Below are positions 19,252-30,757 of a stretch of DNA of 64,000 nucleotides, in pieces. A model generated the notes under the pieces. It was given only the letters and a program-made list of their open reading frames with translations. It had not been told where the DNA came from and made no database searches. Made by a program: the position numbers and the translations under genes. Source of the DNA: Nitrospirota bacterium (GTDB lineage: Bacteria; Nitrospirota; UBA9217); assembly GCA_963845065.1 (NCBI GenBank), contig CAWJQQ010000009.1:192001-256000 (forward strand). Direction: 5' to 3'. Position 1 is the stretch's first letter, and each line of letters starts with the position of its first letter.

Positions 19252-19391
19252 CCGCCTCCGGCATTTTCTTAGACTACATGCATTATTTTCTTCATTTCCT
19301 TTGCTTTTCTTCAGTGAAGCGCATACTACAAATACGGGCAAAACTCGGGTGTAAATTGCAGGCCAAATGTACGGTAGAGAAACCAACGGTA

Positions 19392-20642
19392 TTATTCGTT
19401 GTATTCCTTCTCCTCCGTAAATTCCGCTCCGGCGGCATCCTCTTCCACGTTGCGTCCTCGCTGCGTCATCTTCCCAAATTCCTTGTAAAACTCGTGCTGG
19501 ATGACCAATTCCATAATCTCGTTCGTCCCCGTCCAAATCGTAATCAGACGGACATCGCGCAGAAGTTTTTCCACCGGGAAGATATTGGTATAGCCGATAC
19601 CCCCCAACACCTGCATGGCATGATTAACCACCTCCCACGCCACTTCCGTTGAGAATTTTTTGGATTCCGAGACCAGACGGCGAATCTTGCCGGGGTCGCC
19701 ACCCGCTTCGATGGCGTGCGCGGTCGCAAAATTCAAAGCGCGCGCAGCGTCCAAACGGGTAACGCTATCTGCAATCTTGAAACTGACGGCTTCGAATTGT
19801 CGGATTTTCTGCCCGAAGGCGCGCCGGCGGTCAGCATAGCGCGCGGCAATCTCAATCGCAGCGCGTCCCATCCCGACCGCGCCTCCGGCGGAGGTCATCC
19901 GCTCAGGAATCATCATCTGGTGGAAGACCGCCGTCCCGTTGCCGATTCCCGCCTCCCCTCCGAGGACGTTTTCCACTGGCACTGGTACATTTTTGAAGGT
20001 GATGCGACCCGTCCCACCACCGCGGGTGCCCATCAACCCATAAACATGCGCGACCTCTATACCCAATTCCCGCTCGATCAAAAAGGCGGTCATCGCCTTT
20101 TTGGGGTCGTCAATCCCCTCGACACTCCCGTAAATCAGGAACAGGTCTGCCCCTTCCGCGCCGACGACAAAGCGTTTTTGCCCTGAAAGGTAGAAGACAT
20201 CTCCTTCCCGGCGGGCGCGGGTGGTCGCGGCGAAGAAATCTGAGCCGCCGCGCGGTTCGGTCAATCCCTCAGCGACGCCGATTTCTCCGGCAATCATCGG
20301 CTTGAGATATTTTTCTTTTTGTTCTGCGGTGCCGAACTTGTTAACCGCCTCACCAACAATCGAAATCAGCGAGTAGAGGCAACCCAGTGATGTCCCCAGC
20401 ACGCCGACTTCCTCGAGCGCGACAAGTTCGGACATCCACGGCAACTCCGCGCCGCCGTATTTGGTGGGGAAACGAAGCCCCAGCAGGCCGTGGCGTCCCG
20501 CTTCTACCAGAAATGCCTTCGGATAGTGTATTTTGTCCGCGTCCATATCCAAAAGGAGTTGACGAGGCACCGATGCGACGAAATCCTGTACCTTTGCACG
20601 CAAGGCAAGTTCTTCGGGAGTCAACATAGCTTGAATAGACAT
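19392..20642 (-). CDS. Acyl-CoA dehydrogenase
   Basis: [30 protein letters not shown]. Confidence 0.95.
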   Translation of the reverse strand: MSIQAMLTPEELALRAKVQDFVASVPRQLLLDMDADKIHYPKAFLVEAGRHGLLGLRFPTKYGGAELPWMSELVALEEVGVLGTSLGCLYSLISIVGEAVNKFGTAEQKEKYLKPMIAGEIGVAEGLTEPRGGSDFFAATTRARREGDVFYLSGQKRFVVGAEGADLFLIYGSVEGIDDPKKAMTAFLIERELGIEVAHVYGLMGTRGGGTGRITFKNVPVPVENVLGGEAGIGNGTAVFHQMMIPERMTSAGGAVGMGRAAIEIAARYADRRRAFGQKIRQFEAVSFKIADSVTRLDAARALNFATAHAIEAGGDPGKIRRLVSESKKFSTEVAWEVVNHAMQVLGGIGYTNIFPVEKLLRDVRLITIWTGTNEIMELVIQHEFYKEFGKMTQRGRNVEEDAAGAEFTEEKEYNE

Positions 20643-20656
20643 AGCAAACTCCAATC

Positions 20657-22228
20657 CTATGAGGCAAATTGTTTACGCAAGGCAACTTTGTTGATTTTCC
20701 CGGCGCTCGTGAGAGGAATTTCATCCACGAACTCAAACGCATCGGGAATCCAATGCTTGGCAATTTTCCCCTCCGCGATTTTTGGCTCAAGGAAAACCCT
20801 CAATTCGTCGGCCGTTACTTTGCCTGCGGGTTTCACGATGGCAACAGGACGCTCGCCCCATTTTTTGTCCGGGCGGGCAATGACTGCGACGATCCCCACC
20901 GCCGGATGTTCCGAGAGCATGGCTTCCAACATCCCCGTAGGAATCCACTCGCCGCCACTTTTCACCGCATCGCGCTCGCGGTCCGCAACGTAAAGGCCGC
21001 CATTTGGATGCATCACGCCTAAATCACCGGAGCGGAACCAACCGTCAATGTACGTTTCGGCAGTAAGTTCCGGTTCCTTGTAATAACCTTCGGGAAGCCA
21101 TGGACTGCATACCCACACCGCGCCAAGACTTTGCCCATCATGAGGGACGTCGCTGCCGTCTTTATCTCGCAAAGACACCTCCACCATCGGGAAAGGACGC
21201 ATACCTGCGCGCAGCCATTCCAGTGCTTCTGGGGTATCTGGCTTGACATCCTCCGGAACGACAGAAATCGCCGTGCCAAGTTGGTCGGAGCCGCCGTAAA
21301 TCAGGCTGAATTTGACGCCCGAGTCAGCCGCCCGCTTTGCCAGCCCGGAGGTGAGGGGGCTGCCGCCGGTCAGAACTTTCACGTTGCCAAAGCCTGGCTG
21401 GTCAAGCAGCATGTGCAGTTGCGTGGGAACCATGTTTAACATGGTCACGTTTTCTTCACGGATTAACTTCGCCTGCGTTGCCGGGTCCGACGAGCCCGCC
21501 AGCACCAGTTTCGAGCCGATATACGGCGGAAAGAACGCCATCCCCCAGGCGTGAATATGGAAAAACGGCACCAACGGCAAAAAGACGTCGCGGCTGTCCA
21601 CCCGCGCACCAGTGAGGTGCATCGCCATATGGTGAAAAAGTTGTAGCGCTCCCAGCAATATCTGTTTATGCTGGTAGCGAATGCCTTTAGGTCTTCCTGT
21701 CGTGCCTGTGGTGTAAAAGATGGAGAAAATATCGGATTCCTGCACCTTATCTGCTTCCGGCAATTCCCGCTCCTCCCCGCTGGCAACCAAGTCTTCATAG
21801 TGGTAGGCAGATTTCGCATCAGGGAGTGGGGCGTCCGGGATATCGCTCATAACGACCCAGTTGGGGAATTTCTGCGTCAAGGGCTGAACCGCCTTCATGA
21901 AGATATCGGATACAAACAACCACTCGTCCCCGGCGTGAACCATGTTATATGTCATGTGTTCGGGGGAAAGGCGAAAGTTGATTGTATGCAGCGTCGCGCC
22001 CAACATTGAAAGGGCATAATGCAATTCCAGAAAGCGATGCGTGTTGACGTCCAAGACCCCCACTGTAGTTCCGGCCTTGATTCCGAGCGATTTAAGACTG
22101 TTCGCCAGTTTCAAAACTCGCCCATAGAATTCGGCGTAGGTTAACCGCGTCTTCCCTGAAACGATAACCTGATCGGGGTTGGTCACCAACGTGCGTCGAA
22201 TGACATCGTGAACAATATACTGTCTCAT
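20657..22228 (-). CDS. Acyl-CoA synthetase (AMP-binding fatty-acid-CoA ligase)
   Basis: [35 protein letters not shown]. Confidence 0.95.
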   Translation of the reverse strand: MRQYIVHDVIRRTLVTNPDQVIVSGKTRLTYAEFYGRVLKLANSLKSLGIKAGTTVGVLDVNTHRFLELHYALSMLGATLHTINFRLSPEHMTYNMVHAGDEWLFVSDIFMKAVQPLTQKFPNWVVMSDIPDAPLPDAKSAYHYEDLVASGEERELPEADKVQESDIFSIFYTTGTTGRPKGIRYQHKQILLGALQLFHHMAMHLTGARVDSRDVFLPLVPFFHIHAWGMAFFPPYIGSKLVLAGSSDPATQAKLIREENVTMLNMVPTQLHMLLDQPGFGNVKVLTGGSPLTSGLAKRAADSGVKFSLIYGGSDQLGTAISVVPEDVKPDTPEALEWLRAGMRPFPMVEVSLRDKDGSDVPHDGQSLGAVWVCSPWLPEGYYKEPELTAETYIDGWFRSGDLGVMHPNGGLYVADRERDAVKSGGEWIPTGMLEAMLSEHPAVGIVAVIARPDKKWGERPVAIVKPAGKVTADELRVFLEPKIAEGKIAKHWIPDAFEFVDEIPLTSAGKINKVALRKQFAS

Positions 22229-22832
22229 CTTGTCTCCTTTAGCAAATACGTAGAAACGAACAGAACATCTTACAGTGCATTGCCCAAGATGAAGTGAGAC
22301 GAAACCTACCCGAAATTAGGTGGTTCAGAAATCGGGCGAGTTAGATTGACACTTTGGGTGCCAAGCCCAACTATTGTTTTAACCTCCATTTGGTGATCTA
22401 ATTCCTTTTCTGCCTGTCTAATTCTAAGGCCGATCTTAATTTGGGCGTTTGTGCGGTGATAGATTAACATTATAAAAGTCAACTTCGCCTATTTTTAGCA
22501 CACCCGACGGGGAAACTACAATGTCCCGAACAAGCACCCAAAAAGATATTATCGGTAAGAAATACAGTAGCATAGATCGCCGGAGTGGTCAATAAATTTA
22601 AGAGAAAACTTACAGTATCCAGCTGAATTCATTGGAATTTAACCAAAAGACAAATGTTCTATAAATGGAATAGTCGCGAAATTAAATTAATAAGCGGATA
22701 TGGAATTATTTTTCAAGGAGGCTACCGATAAAACTTATTCCGGTTGACATTCTGAACTACTTCGCCTTTACGGATGCGGCTTCTTGGTTTGGGGGACCGC
22801 AGGTGATGGAATTGTTCGTAGTTTCTGAAAAC

Positions 22833-22865
22833 AAAAAAGCAGACTGAACCTCAGCCTGCTTTTTT
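22833..22865. terminator. Bidirectional intrinsic terminator
   Basis: aaaaaagcagactga-acc-tcagcctgctttttt. Confidence 0.7.
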
Positions 22866-22966
22866 GTCAGTTGATGCACCATCCTGTTTTTTTGAACCAG
22901 TCAAAAAATCGTATCGCTTTGTTTAAATTGAAGAGCGATTACATTGGCTCCACTAAGGCATTTTTG

Positions 22967-23236
22967 TTAAAAAACGGTGATACCATTCTTCCATTCCCGG
23001 CTTGGTTCCATTGAACGTAAGCCGCCTGCAGATGAACCTTCCGCGTATGTTACGATGTGATTGTCAAATGCGGTAATACCGTTCTCCAGGACGAGACCCA
23101 GAGAGAGATCATGGGATGGAACAGCAACCTTTTCAAACGCCGTAATGCCATTATACTCACCAGCGCTCATAGCATATGCACTTCCAAATGTAAGAGCAAT
23201 TACCAGAACGCTCATTATTATTAGTATCTTTTTCAT
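22967..23236 (-). CDS. Small secreted protein with three NGIT(A/V)F repeats
   Basis: Signal peptide ending AYA; NGITAF twice and C-terminal NGITVF. Confidence 0.75.
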   Translation of the reverse strand: MKKILIIMSVLVIALTFGSAYAMSAGEYNGITAFEKVAVPSHDLSLGLVLENGITAFDNHIVTYAEGSSAGGLRSMEPSREWKNGITVF

Positions 23237-23339
23237 ATCAATCGCCTCTTTTCTTTTTTAACTTTATCAAATCTTGATATAAGGTTATCACAGTTTTTTT
23301 AATTGTCAAGATACTATGCAACTTTGCAACTTACCTTCG

Positions 23340-23606
23340 GCCAAAGCCACTCCTTCACGGCCTGTACGTTCCATTCTCTTGTAGACGCCACCATGCGGCA
23401 AAGGGAAGTATTTTGCTGTCCGCACTGCAACTTCCCAGAACATCCTGATGAGTACGCTGCAGACACGATCGGTAATTACCGTTTGCCGCGCCCCAGCCCG
23501 GTGTAGCTAGTGGCACTGCGTTTTCCAAAGGGTCAGCTATCCGCAAGGAACTGCCTTATTGGAAGCCCCAACCAATAGATTTATCTCTGGTTGTAGGAGA
23601 ATTCAC
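23340..23606 (+). mobile_element. Degenerate tnpB 3' remnant with IS200/IS605 right end
   Basis: ...FCCPHCNFPEHPDEYAADTI resembles the TnpB zinc ribbon and ADxNAA motif; ends gaagccccaacc...ggttgtaggagaattcac. Confidence 0.6.
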
Positions 23607-23652
23607 CTAAACGCAAAACCATCAATTTTTTACAACATACATGGTCGTTACC

Positions 23653-25245
23653 TCAGACCTTGAACCAACTAATGCTGCGGTCCAATTCCTTCGCTTGATT
23701 CTGAAGACTGACCATGTTTTTCCGCGCCTCTCCCAGCTTGTCCACTGTAGTTGTTACATGATCGCTAACGTTTCCAAGCATCTGGGCGATCTCCTCAGAT
23801 GCGGAAGACTGCTCTTCTGTGGCCGCTGCAATGCGCTGAATCATATCCATGGCCTTATTGGTTGCGGAGACGATCGCATCAAGTGATTTGGCCGCATCCT
23901 CGGCTAGACGGACGCCGCTTTCGGCGTCAGCATTGCTTTTTTCCATGACCGCCACAGATTCTGCAGATTGAGACTGAACTGAAGCAATTTTTTTGGCGAT
24001 CTCGCCGGTGGCCTTTGATGTCCGTTCGGCGAGTTTTCTCACCTCATCTGCCACCACGGCGAATCCTCTTCCCTGTTCCCCTGCCCGGGCTGCCTCGATG
24101 GCTGCATTAAGAGCGAGCAAATTCGTCTGGTCGGCTATGCTATTGATGACCGTCACGATTTCCCCGATCTCTTTTGATCTTTTCCCCAATTCCTCAATCG
24201 TTCCGGCCGATGTCCGTACGGACCCGGCTATGCCAACAATGGCGTCGGCAGCCTTCCGAACCGTATCTTTGCCGTCATTCGCGATGCGTGACGCCTCCCG
24301 TGCTGCATCCGACGAAAACGACGCGTTCTTGGCAACGTCAAGAATGGTCTGGGACATTTCCGATGTGGCAGAAGCGATTTGTTCGATTTGAGAGCGCTGT
24401 TCCTTTGCGCCGTTGTTGACCGTTTCTACAGATACTGCAAGGGCTTCGACCTCCGTGGCCACAGTCCTGCCCACGGACGCGATGTTCATGATCGTTTTAC
24501 GGAGGCTTTCGAGGATTCTATTGTAGATGTCCTTGACAAAATTGGCATCGTCGGTGAGAAGGTGTCCCTCCTTGAGTTCACCTCGTTCGAGAGATGTAAA
24601 ACAGGTCATCGCCTGCGTCATGCTCCTAGTCATCATCCGGTTGACCATAACCAAAAAAAAGGACATGCCGACGATAGACAGAAGGATGATGATGACAAGA
24701 AGGATTGTACCGTTCCTCGCTGTTAGCCGTTCATTATCAAGGCTTACATTGAAGATCTTCTTTTGTTCCCCGATAAGGCCAAGTAGGCTAGAACGAACCT
24801 CCCGCCACTTCGTTGTTTCCTTCTGAGTAAGTATTTCCACGGCCTCTGCACGTTTATTTGCAACAGCCAGCTTTTGTACCTCTGTTTTGAGCAGATGGTC
24901 CTCATCCCATATCGCTCGGATCTTCACGAGGCTTTCCTTCATGTCGTCCCCTGCATGTTTAACGGCTATTTCATGGTTCGCGAGGAAGTCTTCATGCGCT
25001 TTTCGATAATTTTCCTTTGCTATATCATCTTTAGGATTAATAAGAACGTTACGGGTTGCTTGTCCGGACTGGAGCCCCGCCGCGTACATTTCGTTTAAGC
25101 TCAGCAGCAGTGTTTGATCGGTGTTGATCATGCGCTCATTATTTGTCTGAATTTTGTTGCTGTAAGTTATAAAAAACGCGAGAATAACAGTAAGCACGAT
25201 GGCGTTCGCAACACCAATGGCAATTATAAGTTTTTTACTGCTCAT
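23653..25245 (-). CDS. Methyl-accepting chemotaxis protein
   Basis: [38 protein letters not shown]; two TM helices. Confidence 0.97.
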   Translation of the reverse strand: MSSKKLIIAIGVANAIVLTVILAFFITYSNKIQTNNERMINTDQTLLLSLNEMYAAGLQSGQATRNVLINPKDDIAKENYRKAHEDFLANHEIAVKHAGDDMKESLVKIRAIWDEDHLLKTEVQKLAVANKRAEAVEILTQKETTKWREVRSSLLGLIGEQKKIFNVSLDNERLTARNGTILLVIIILLSIVGMSFFLVMVNRMMTRSMTQAMTCFTSLERGELKEGHLLTDDANFVKDIYNRILESLRKTIMNIASVGRTVATEVEALAVSVETVNNGAKEQRSQIEQIASATSEMSQTILDVAKNASFSSDAAREASRIANDGKDTVRKAADAIVGIAGSVRTSAGTIEELGKRSKEIGEIVTVINSIADQTNLLALNAAIEAARAGEQGRGFAVVADEVRKLAERTSKATGEIAKKIASVQSQSAESVAVMEKSNADAESGVRLAEDAAKSLDAIVSATNKAMDMIQRIAAATEEQSSASEEIAQMLGNVSDHVTTTVDKLGEARKNMVSLQNQAKELDRSISWFKV

Positions 25246-25357
25246 TTTTTATGTTCCTTCACTCAGATTCCCCGGCGACGCCGAAGGTTTGATTAAGCCC
25301 CATAGGGGCAGTGTTATAAATTCGTAAAATGGAGGCAACATGCCGCATGTACTTTAT

Positions 25358-25384
25358 TTATCGGCATAACGGATAATAACTATA
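25358..25384 (-). promoter_or_regulatory. Sigma28-type promoter of the MCP gene
   Basis: TATA-N15-GCCGATAA about 110 bp upstream of the start. Confidence 0.7.
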
Positions 25385-25496
25385 GCAGGGGTATCCAATT
25401 GTTTCTGCTTCGTTCGCTGGTGGCGGGTAATTCTGTGGATGGATGCGTTGATATATTCAAGATATTAGAGCGGCTATTTTTATAAAACCTGTCCTT

Positions 25497-25620
25497 GAAT
25501 GCCCAGCAGTTCTACCGCTGGGATAAAAAGGACAATCCTGACGAAGTCAGGATAAGAATCTGATTGGTTTTAGGTTCTATCGGTTTTGATGCCACGCAGC
25601 TCTGCTGCGGGGTAATTTAC
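25497..25620 (+). mobile_element. PATE/MITE-like IS200/IS605 derivative
   Basis: Hairpins cccagc...gctggg and gccacgcagc-tct-gctgcggggtaatttac, plus central atcctgac-gaa-gtcaggat. Confidence 0.55.
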
Positions 25621-25740
25621 TCAAAAAAATTCAATACGATATTGTAGGTTAGCCTTTATTAGTTCAGAATCCAGGGTTTATGATGCGCCAGAATGATCGC
25701 AGAGATAGACTTCCATTTGTATCCGCAACTGTCGTCAATT

Positions 25741-28410
25741 TTATTTTATCATGTAACCGTTGAGCACTTCTCTGATCTTATTGAGAAACTCCTGCGGAGA
25801 TGCCGGCTTCGCAATGAACTGGCTTCCAGCAGGGAGTCCTTCCTGCTGCACCTTGTCCGCAGTATAGCCGCTTGAAAAGATCACTTTGGTCCCGGACTTT
25901 ATCCTCTGTATTTCATCATATACATCTTTTCCGCTCTTCTTCGGCATGATCATGTCAATGACACAGACCTGTATTTCGTCCTTCCGCTCTGCAAACCTTC
26001 TTATAGCTTCTTCCCCGTCTTCTGCAATCACGACAGTATAGCCATATTCAGTCAGGAGATCTCTAAAGAAAGCCCGCAATGTCGCGTCATCCTCGGCAAG
26101 CAAGATCGTCTCGGTTCCTGTCATCACAGGTGATGTAGCTATAGTTTTTTCTCGTTGTTCTCCCTGTCCACTATAGATAGGGAGGTATATCTTGAATGTC
26201 GTACCCATGCCAGCCTTGCTGTAGAAATTGATATAGCCTTTATGCTGTTTGACAATCCCATAAACGATAGCCATACCCAGCCCCGTTCCACGTCCTACCT
26301 CCTTGGTCGTAAAGAAAGGCTCGAAGATTTTTTGCTTCGTCTTCTCATCCATGCCAATGCCCGTATCTGTGACCGAGATCACCGCGTAGGTATCCGGAGT
26401 ACCGAATCCATGGTTACTGATAAATGCGTCGGTCATTTCCATCAGATCCGTCTCAATGGTCAGTTGCCCTCCCTTCGGCATAGCATCACGGGCGTTCGTT
26501 GCCAGGTTCATCAACACTTGTTCCATCTGACCGTTGTCGGCCATGATGACCGGGTCACTATGAAAGATCGTCTTCATATCGATATCTTCACCGATGATCC
26601 TGCGAAGGAACTGCTCCTGTCCAGTAATGATTCCATTCAGAGGTGTCGGCTTCATGTTTAGGACCTGTTTTCTGCTGAAGGCGAGGAGACTGTTGGTAAG
26701 TTGGGCGGCCCGGCCTGCTGATTTGAGAATTTGGTCCACATTAATCCGAAGCGGATCATTTGCTGACATTTTCATCTGGAGAATGCTCCCGTAGCCGATG
26801 ATCGCAGTGAGGATATTATTGAAGTCGTGGGCCACCCCGCCGGCAAGTTGACCGATAGACTCCATCTTCTGTGCTTGAAACAATTGTGTCTGGAGCCGCT
26901 CGTGCTCTTCCTCGCTGTGTCTCCGTTCCGTGACGTCGAGGACGGCACCGACGGTGCGTACAGGACGGCGCGCTTCGCCTTTGCCTTCAAAAAACGTTTG
27001 CGATCGCTCCTTCAGCCAGCGGACAGTACCGTCGCGGAGTATAATCCGGTGCTCAACGTCCCAAATGCCATCTCCCAATGGGTCGTGAGCGCGACGGACA
27101 GTCGACAAGATCCTCTCGCGATCCTCAGGGTAGACGAGATCGAAAAACGCTTGCAAGGTTATTGGTTCATCGGGGCCCCAGCCATGGATTACCCGTTGCT
27201 GCGGCGACCAGTAAATGGTGTCGGTACGCTGGTCGTGATCGAAAATGCCGATCTGAGAAACACCGATCGCCGCCCGCAATCTCTCCTCGCTTTCGCGCAG
27301 CGCCTGTTCTGCCTGTTTAAGGCTGCTAATGTCGCGCACGAATGCGCAGCTGTACTCCTGCTCGCCGAATGCAACGTAACTGGCTGTGACCTCTACAGGG
27401 AATAGGGACCCGTTCTTCCGCTGATGAGTGGTTTCGAACGTGAGCACCTTTGCATGAATAAGGTTCTGCCAGAAAGTATTCCACATCTCGGGCGGGAACT
27501 TGGGGTCAATGTCCGGAATGGACCTGTTCAGAAGTTCCTCGCGGGTGTATCCGAGCGACTGGCACGCCTGATCGTTGACGTAGGACATCCGGCTGTCGCG
27601 CATGATCCAGAAGCAGCCGATAGAGGCCCGATCAATGGCGAACTGGGTGAGATGCAACGCCTTCTCAACCCGCTTGCGCTCGGTAACATCCCGAAAACTC
27701 CACACTCTACCAACATTCTTGCCTTCAAGACGGTGCGGGATAGAATAGCGCTCGAAAATGCGGCCATCCTTAAACGCTATTTCATCGAAACTCTCATCAT
27801 CCGGCTTATTGTACAACTCTCTGATTTTAAGAACGAATGTCTCCGGGTACTTCAATTGGTCAAGGACATGCTGAATGAGCCGATTATCGTCCTTTTGTTC
27901 CATCAGATCAGGTGGAATGTTCCAAAGTTCCGTGAATTTGGTGTTAAAATCGACAACTTTTCCCTGGTTGTTGACAACGAGGATTCCGTCCGCAGTGGAT
28001 TCCAGTGTGGCCCGCTTGAGGGAGAGTGATTCCTTAAGACGCTCTTCGGCCTGCTTGCGCTCAGTGATGTCCCGAATAAAAATGCCTGTACGTAGCTCGC
28101 CGTTGGCGTCCGTGAACACCGCCGAAGACAGCTCGGCCGTAAGGGGACTTTTATCTTTTCGCAACATCCTTAGGGTACCCGAGAAACTGCCAGTCCGATG
28201 GCGCTGTTCCAGAGCCTCAGAGAGTCCGGGGTCTGAAGGATCCACTACCGCACTGCGCCCCAAGGTCCGGAACTCGTCAAGCGTGTATCCGAAAAGCGCG
28301 CAAGCGGCCGGGTTAGCGTATAAAATTGTCCCCTCTGGGCTCGTGAGGAATACTGCATCCAAGGCATACTCCAAAAGCGCGCCGTACGCTTTTTCTGTTT
28401 GAAGGGGCAT
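25741..28410 (-). CDS. Cytoplasmic multi-PAS hybrid histidine kinase/receiver
   Basis: Four PAS/PAC blocks; AHDFNNIL; GTGLG; C-terminal REC. Confidence 0.95.
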   Translation of the reverse strand: MPLQTEKAYGALLEYALDAVFLTSPEGTILYANPAACALFGYTLDEFRTLGRSAVVDPSDPGLSEALEQRHRTGSFSGTLRMLRKDKSPLTAELSSAVFTDANGELRTGIFIRDITERKQAEERLKESLSLKRATLESTADGILVVNNQGKVVDFNTKFTELWNIPPDLMEQKDDNRLIQHVLDQLKYPETFVLKIRELYNKPDDESFDEIAFKDGRIFERYSIPHRLEGKNVGRVWSFRDVTERKRVEKALHLTQFAIDRASIGCFWIMRDSRMSYVNDQACQSLGYTREELLNRSIPDIDPKFPPEMWNTFWQNLIHAKVLTFETTHQRKNGSLFPVEVTASYVAFGEQEYSCAFVRDISSLKQAEQALRESEERLRAAIGVSQIGIFDHDQRTDTIYWSPQQRVIHGWGPDEPITLQAFFDLVYPEDRERILSTVRRAHDPLGDGIWDVEHRIILRDGTVRWLKERSQTFFEGKGEARRPVRTVGAVLDVTERRHSEEEHERLQTQLFQAQKMESIGQLAGGVAHDFNNILTAIIGYGSILQMKMSANDPLRINVDQILKSAGRAAQLTNSLLAFSRKQVLNMKPTPLNGIITGQEQFLRRIIGEDIDMKTIFHSDPVIMADNGQMEQVLMNLATNARDAMPKGGQLTIETDLMEMTDAFISNHGFGTPDTYAVISVTDTGIGMDEKTKQKIFEPFFTTKEVGRGTGLGMAIVYGIVKQHKGYINFYSKAGMGTTFKIYLPIYSGQGEQREKTIATSPVMTGTETILLAEDDATLRAFFRDLLTEYGYTVVIAEDGEEAIRRFAERKDEIQVCVIDMIMPKKSGKDVYDEIQRIKSGTKVIFSSGYTADKVQQEGLPAGSQFIAKPASPQEFLNKIREVLNGYMIK

Positions 28411-29037
28411 GATATTACCCTCCTATTGCGAGATCTTGTGAGCGATACTGTAAGTATATTGTATTTTCCTATTGTAGCATAGACAATGTCTTCTACAAAC
28501 TGATTTTAACAACTGGAGTATAGAAGGAAATGTGCGGATCAACAGCGATGCCGACTGTAAAATCGCCACCATCGTCTGTTGATGTCTGATCGCGATGGCC
28601 TTAACGAATTCGGATTGATATTTTACGTGGCGTTGGCGATAATCGAAACGAGGACGATTTCGGTAATGGTGTCCCCGTCATAAATTTAAAAAAAATCCTA
28701 AAGTTTCCTTTTTTTGACGCTTCTCTGATTCGAGCAAAGCCGACTGCCCCTACAGAACCTATAAAAAAAAGAAGCGGCAAACATTTGCATCATTAATAAC
28801 TTGTCACTCCTGTATGCACCTATAAGCCAATTAACTTTGAAAAAGAGAAAGAAAAAGAGAAAATAGAATGATATAAAATAATTAATAATAACAAGGGCAA
28901 AAGAAAGCAAGAAATCTCAAAAACTATTGCGTTATTAATTATTGAACATTACCTATTGTCTTTACAATTTCCTCATGGTACTTTTTGTGATACTATTGAA
29001 GTTAGATGGCGAGAATTTTCCGGGGAAGGACAGGGCA

Positions 29038-29517
29038 ATGCGAAAGATTTTGATCGGTGTTCACGACAAGTACTGCTCCATGCGTGCCGTGGAATTCATG
29101 GGAAAACAATTTGCACTCAATAACAACCTCGAGGTTCTGCTTGTGCACGTGCTTCCAAGTCTTCCAGCCATGTTCTGGGACGAGGGCCACATCCTCACCG
29201 AGACAGAGAAACAGGATCGGCAGAAGGTCGTTGACACCTGGATCGCGAAACAGCAGGAAATGATCGAACCCATCCTGCAGTCCATGGTGCGCGACCTCGT
29301 CAAGAGCGGGCTTCGGGCCGAGCAGGTGAAGACCAAGTTCATCTCCGGTTCGGTCGATGTGGCGGACAGCCTCCTGGACGAGTCAAGGGCCGGCGAATAC
29401 GAGGTCATCCTACTGGGACGTTGCGGGATTCACGAGGGAAAGCACCTGCTCGTGGGCAGCATCGCAAGCAAACTCATCCAAAACGCGGCCGATCTGGCGG
29501 TATGCATCGTTCAGTAG
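29038..29517 (+). CDS. Universal stress protein
   Basis: Start re-called at MRKILIG; LVHV; ILLGRCG...LVGSIASKL. Confidence 0.9.
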   Translation: MRKILIGVHDKYCSMRAVEFMGKQFALNNNLEVLLVHVLPSLPAMFWDEGHILTETEKQDRQKVVDTWIAKQQEMIEPILQSMVRDLVKSGLRAEQVKTKFISGSVDVADSLLDESRAGEYEVILLGRCGIHEGKHLLVGSIASKLIQNAADLAVCIVQ

Positions 29518-29688
29518 TATCCGAAGAGGCTCCGTCCGGAAGATACTCGTGATACTAAGTAGTCCTGTTCGTAAGTTCGGTGACGTATTCTCGATTATGC
29601 GCATTTCAACAAAACGTCCCCCAGGGCCTATTAAAATTTTAGATTGTCTATCAAAGATTTCCTCGTGAGACACGATAACAGCCCTTCA

Positions 29689-29930
29689 TTAGTTAATATT
29701 TATTTTTTTAAATACAAAATCTCCACCATCATGGCCGGAATTCTTGATAGTGTTATACTCGGGCACTTGATCTGATTTGCCCGCAATACTTTTCTTAATG
29801 TAACCGTAATAAAGCTCTTCGGCCGTAAAAGAGGTCTTATCTTCCTCCTTTAGGGCTTTTAAAAAGGCATCGGCAAAGACTGAATGACCGCCGTTGCCAC
29901 TGTCAGAAACCGGCTCATTTCCTCCGCTTT
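29689..29930 (-). pseudogene. C-terminal fragment of a caspase-family domain
   Basis: GGNEPVSD...HSVFA...QVPEY...SGHDGGDFVF, paralogous to 12179..14182; catalytic His/Cys region absent. Confidence 0.8.
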
Positions 29931-30048
29931 GAGGCGTTGACTGACACATCCGTCATTGTATTTTAACACGTCTTTGGTGCCCATTTTTACCATCAAACCT
30001 CATACCCGTGTAAAGGCTTGCTACAAACACTAAGTCCACGCTATTTGC

Positions 30049-30756
30049 TCACTGGCGCTGCTGAATAAATACCCTGATAGCCTCCCGGTCCTCGTGTGAG
30101 ACTTGGTCGAATATAATACCAGCACCGGGTCGGGCCACGATCTTCTTTTCTGGCGCTGTTGGGCTGGCAATGACGCTCCGGTCAAAGTTACAAACGATAC
30201 GATTAATAGAGCGACCAATGGCAACTATCGGGCGCTTCCCCTGGGAAAGAGAGAAATGCATTGTAATTCGCGTATTGACGGGGGGAGGCGCAAGAGTGCT
30301 GATAAAAAGACCGTTCTCGCTCAAATCAAGGATTGTGCTCTGAAACAGATTTCCGTCAAACTCGTACTCGACCGACATGTTCACTCTGATCCGGGGCGAC
30401 GACCGCCTACTCGAACCCAGGTAGAGAACATTGTTAATTCTAGCAATGATTTCTTCCGCACTCATCCCGGGATTAATGAGGAACGAGGGTATATCGGCTG
30501 AGTTCTGAACGTTCTCCTCGACGACCAAATAGCCCCTGGCGTTTGCCAACGACTCGATCAGAGAATCATCGCGAAAGCAGCCTGTAAGATCTGCGCTCGC
30601 AATGATCACATCATAATCCTGCAATCGACAGTCTTTGATCGACGGAACAGCAGCAGGGCTAATCACATCGATGTCAAACTCTGTGCTGCGGAGAAGGGCT
30701 GCAAGGTGCGTTCTGATATATTCGCTTGTACCGACAAGCGCTATCCGGAATGCCAT
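30049..30756 (-). CDS. PilZ-domain protein with degenerate N-terminal receiver-like region
   Basis: RRSSPR and DLSENG c-di-GMP-binding motifs. Confidence 0.85.
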   Translation of the reverse strand: MAFRIALVGTSEYIRTHLAALLRSTEFDIDVISPAAVPSIKDCRLQDYDVIIASADLTGCFRDDSLIESLANARGYLVVEENVQNSADIPSFLINPGMSAEEIIARINNVLYLGSSRRSSPRIRVNMSVEYEFDGNLFQSTILDLSENGLFISTLAPPPVNTRITMHFSLSQGKRPIVAIGRSINRIVCNFDRSVIASPTAPEKKIVARPGAGIIFDQVSHEDREAIRVFIQQRQ

Positions 30757-30757
30757 G

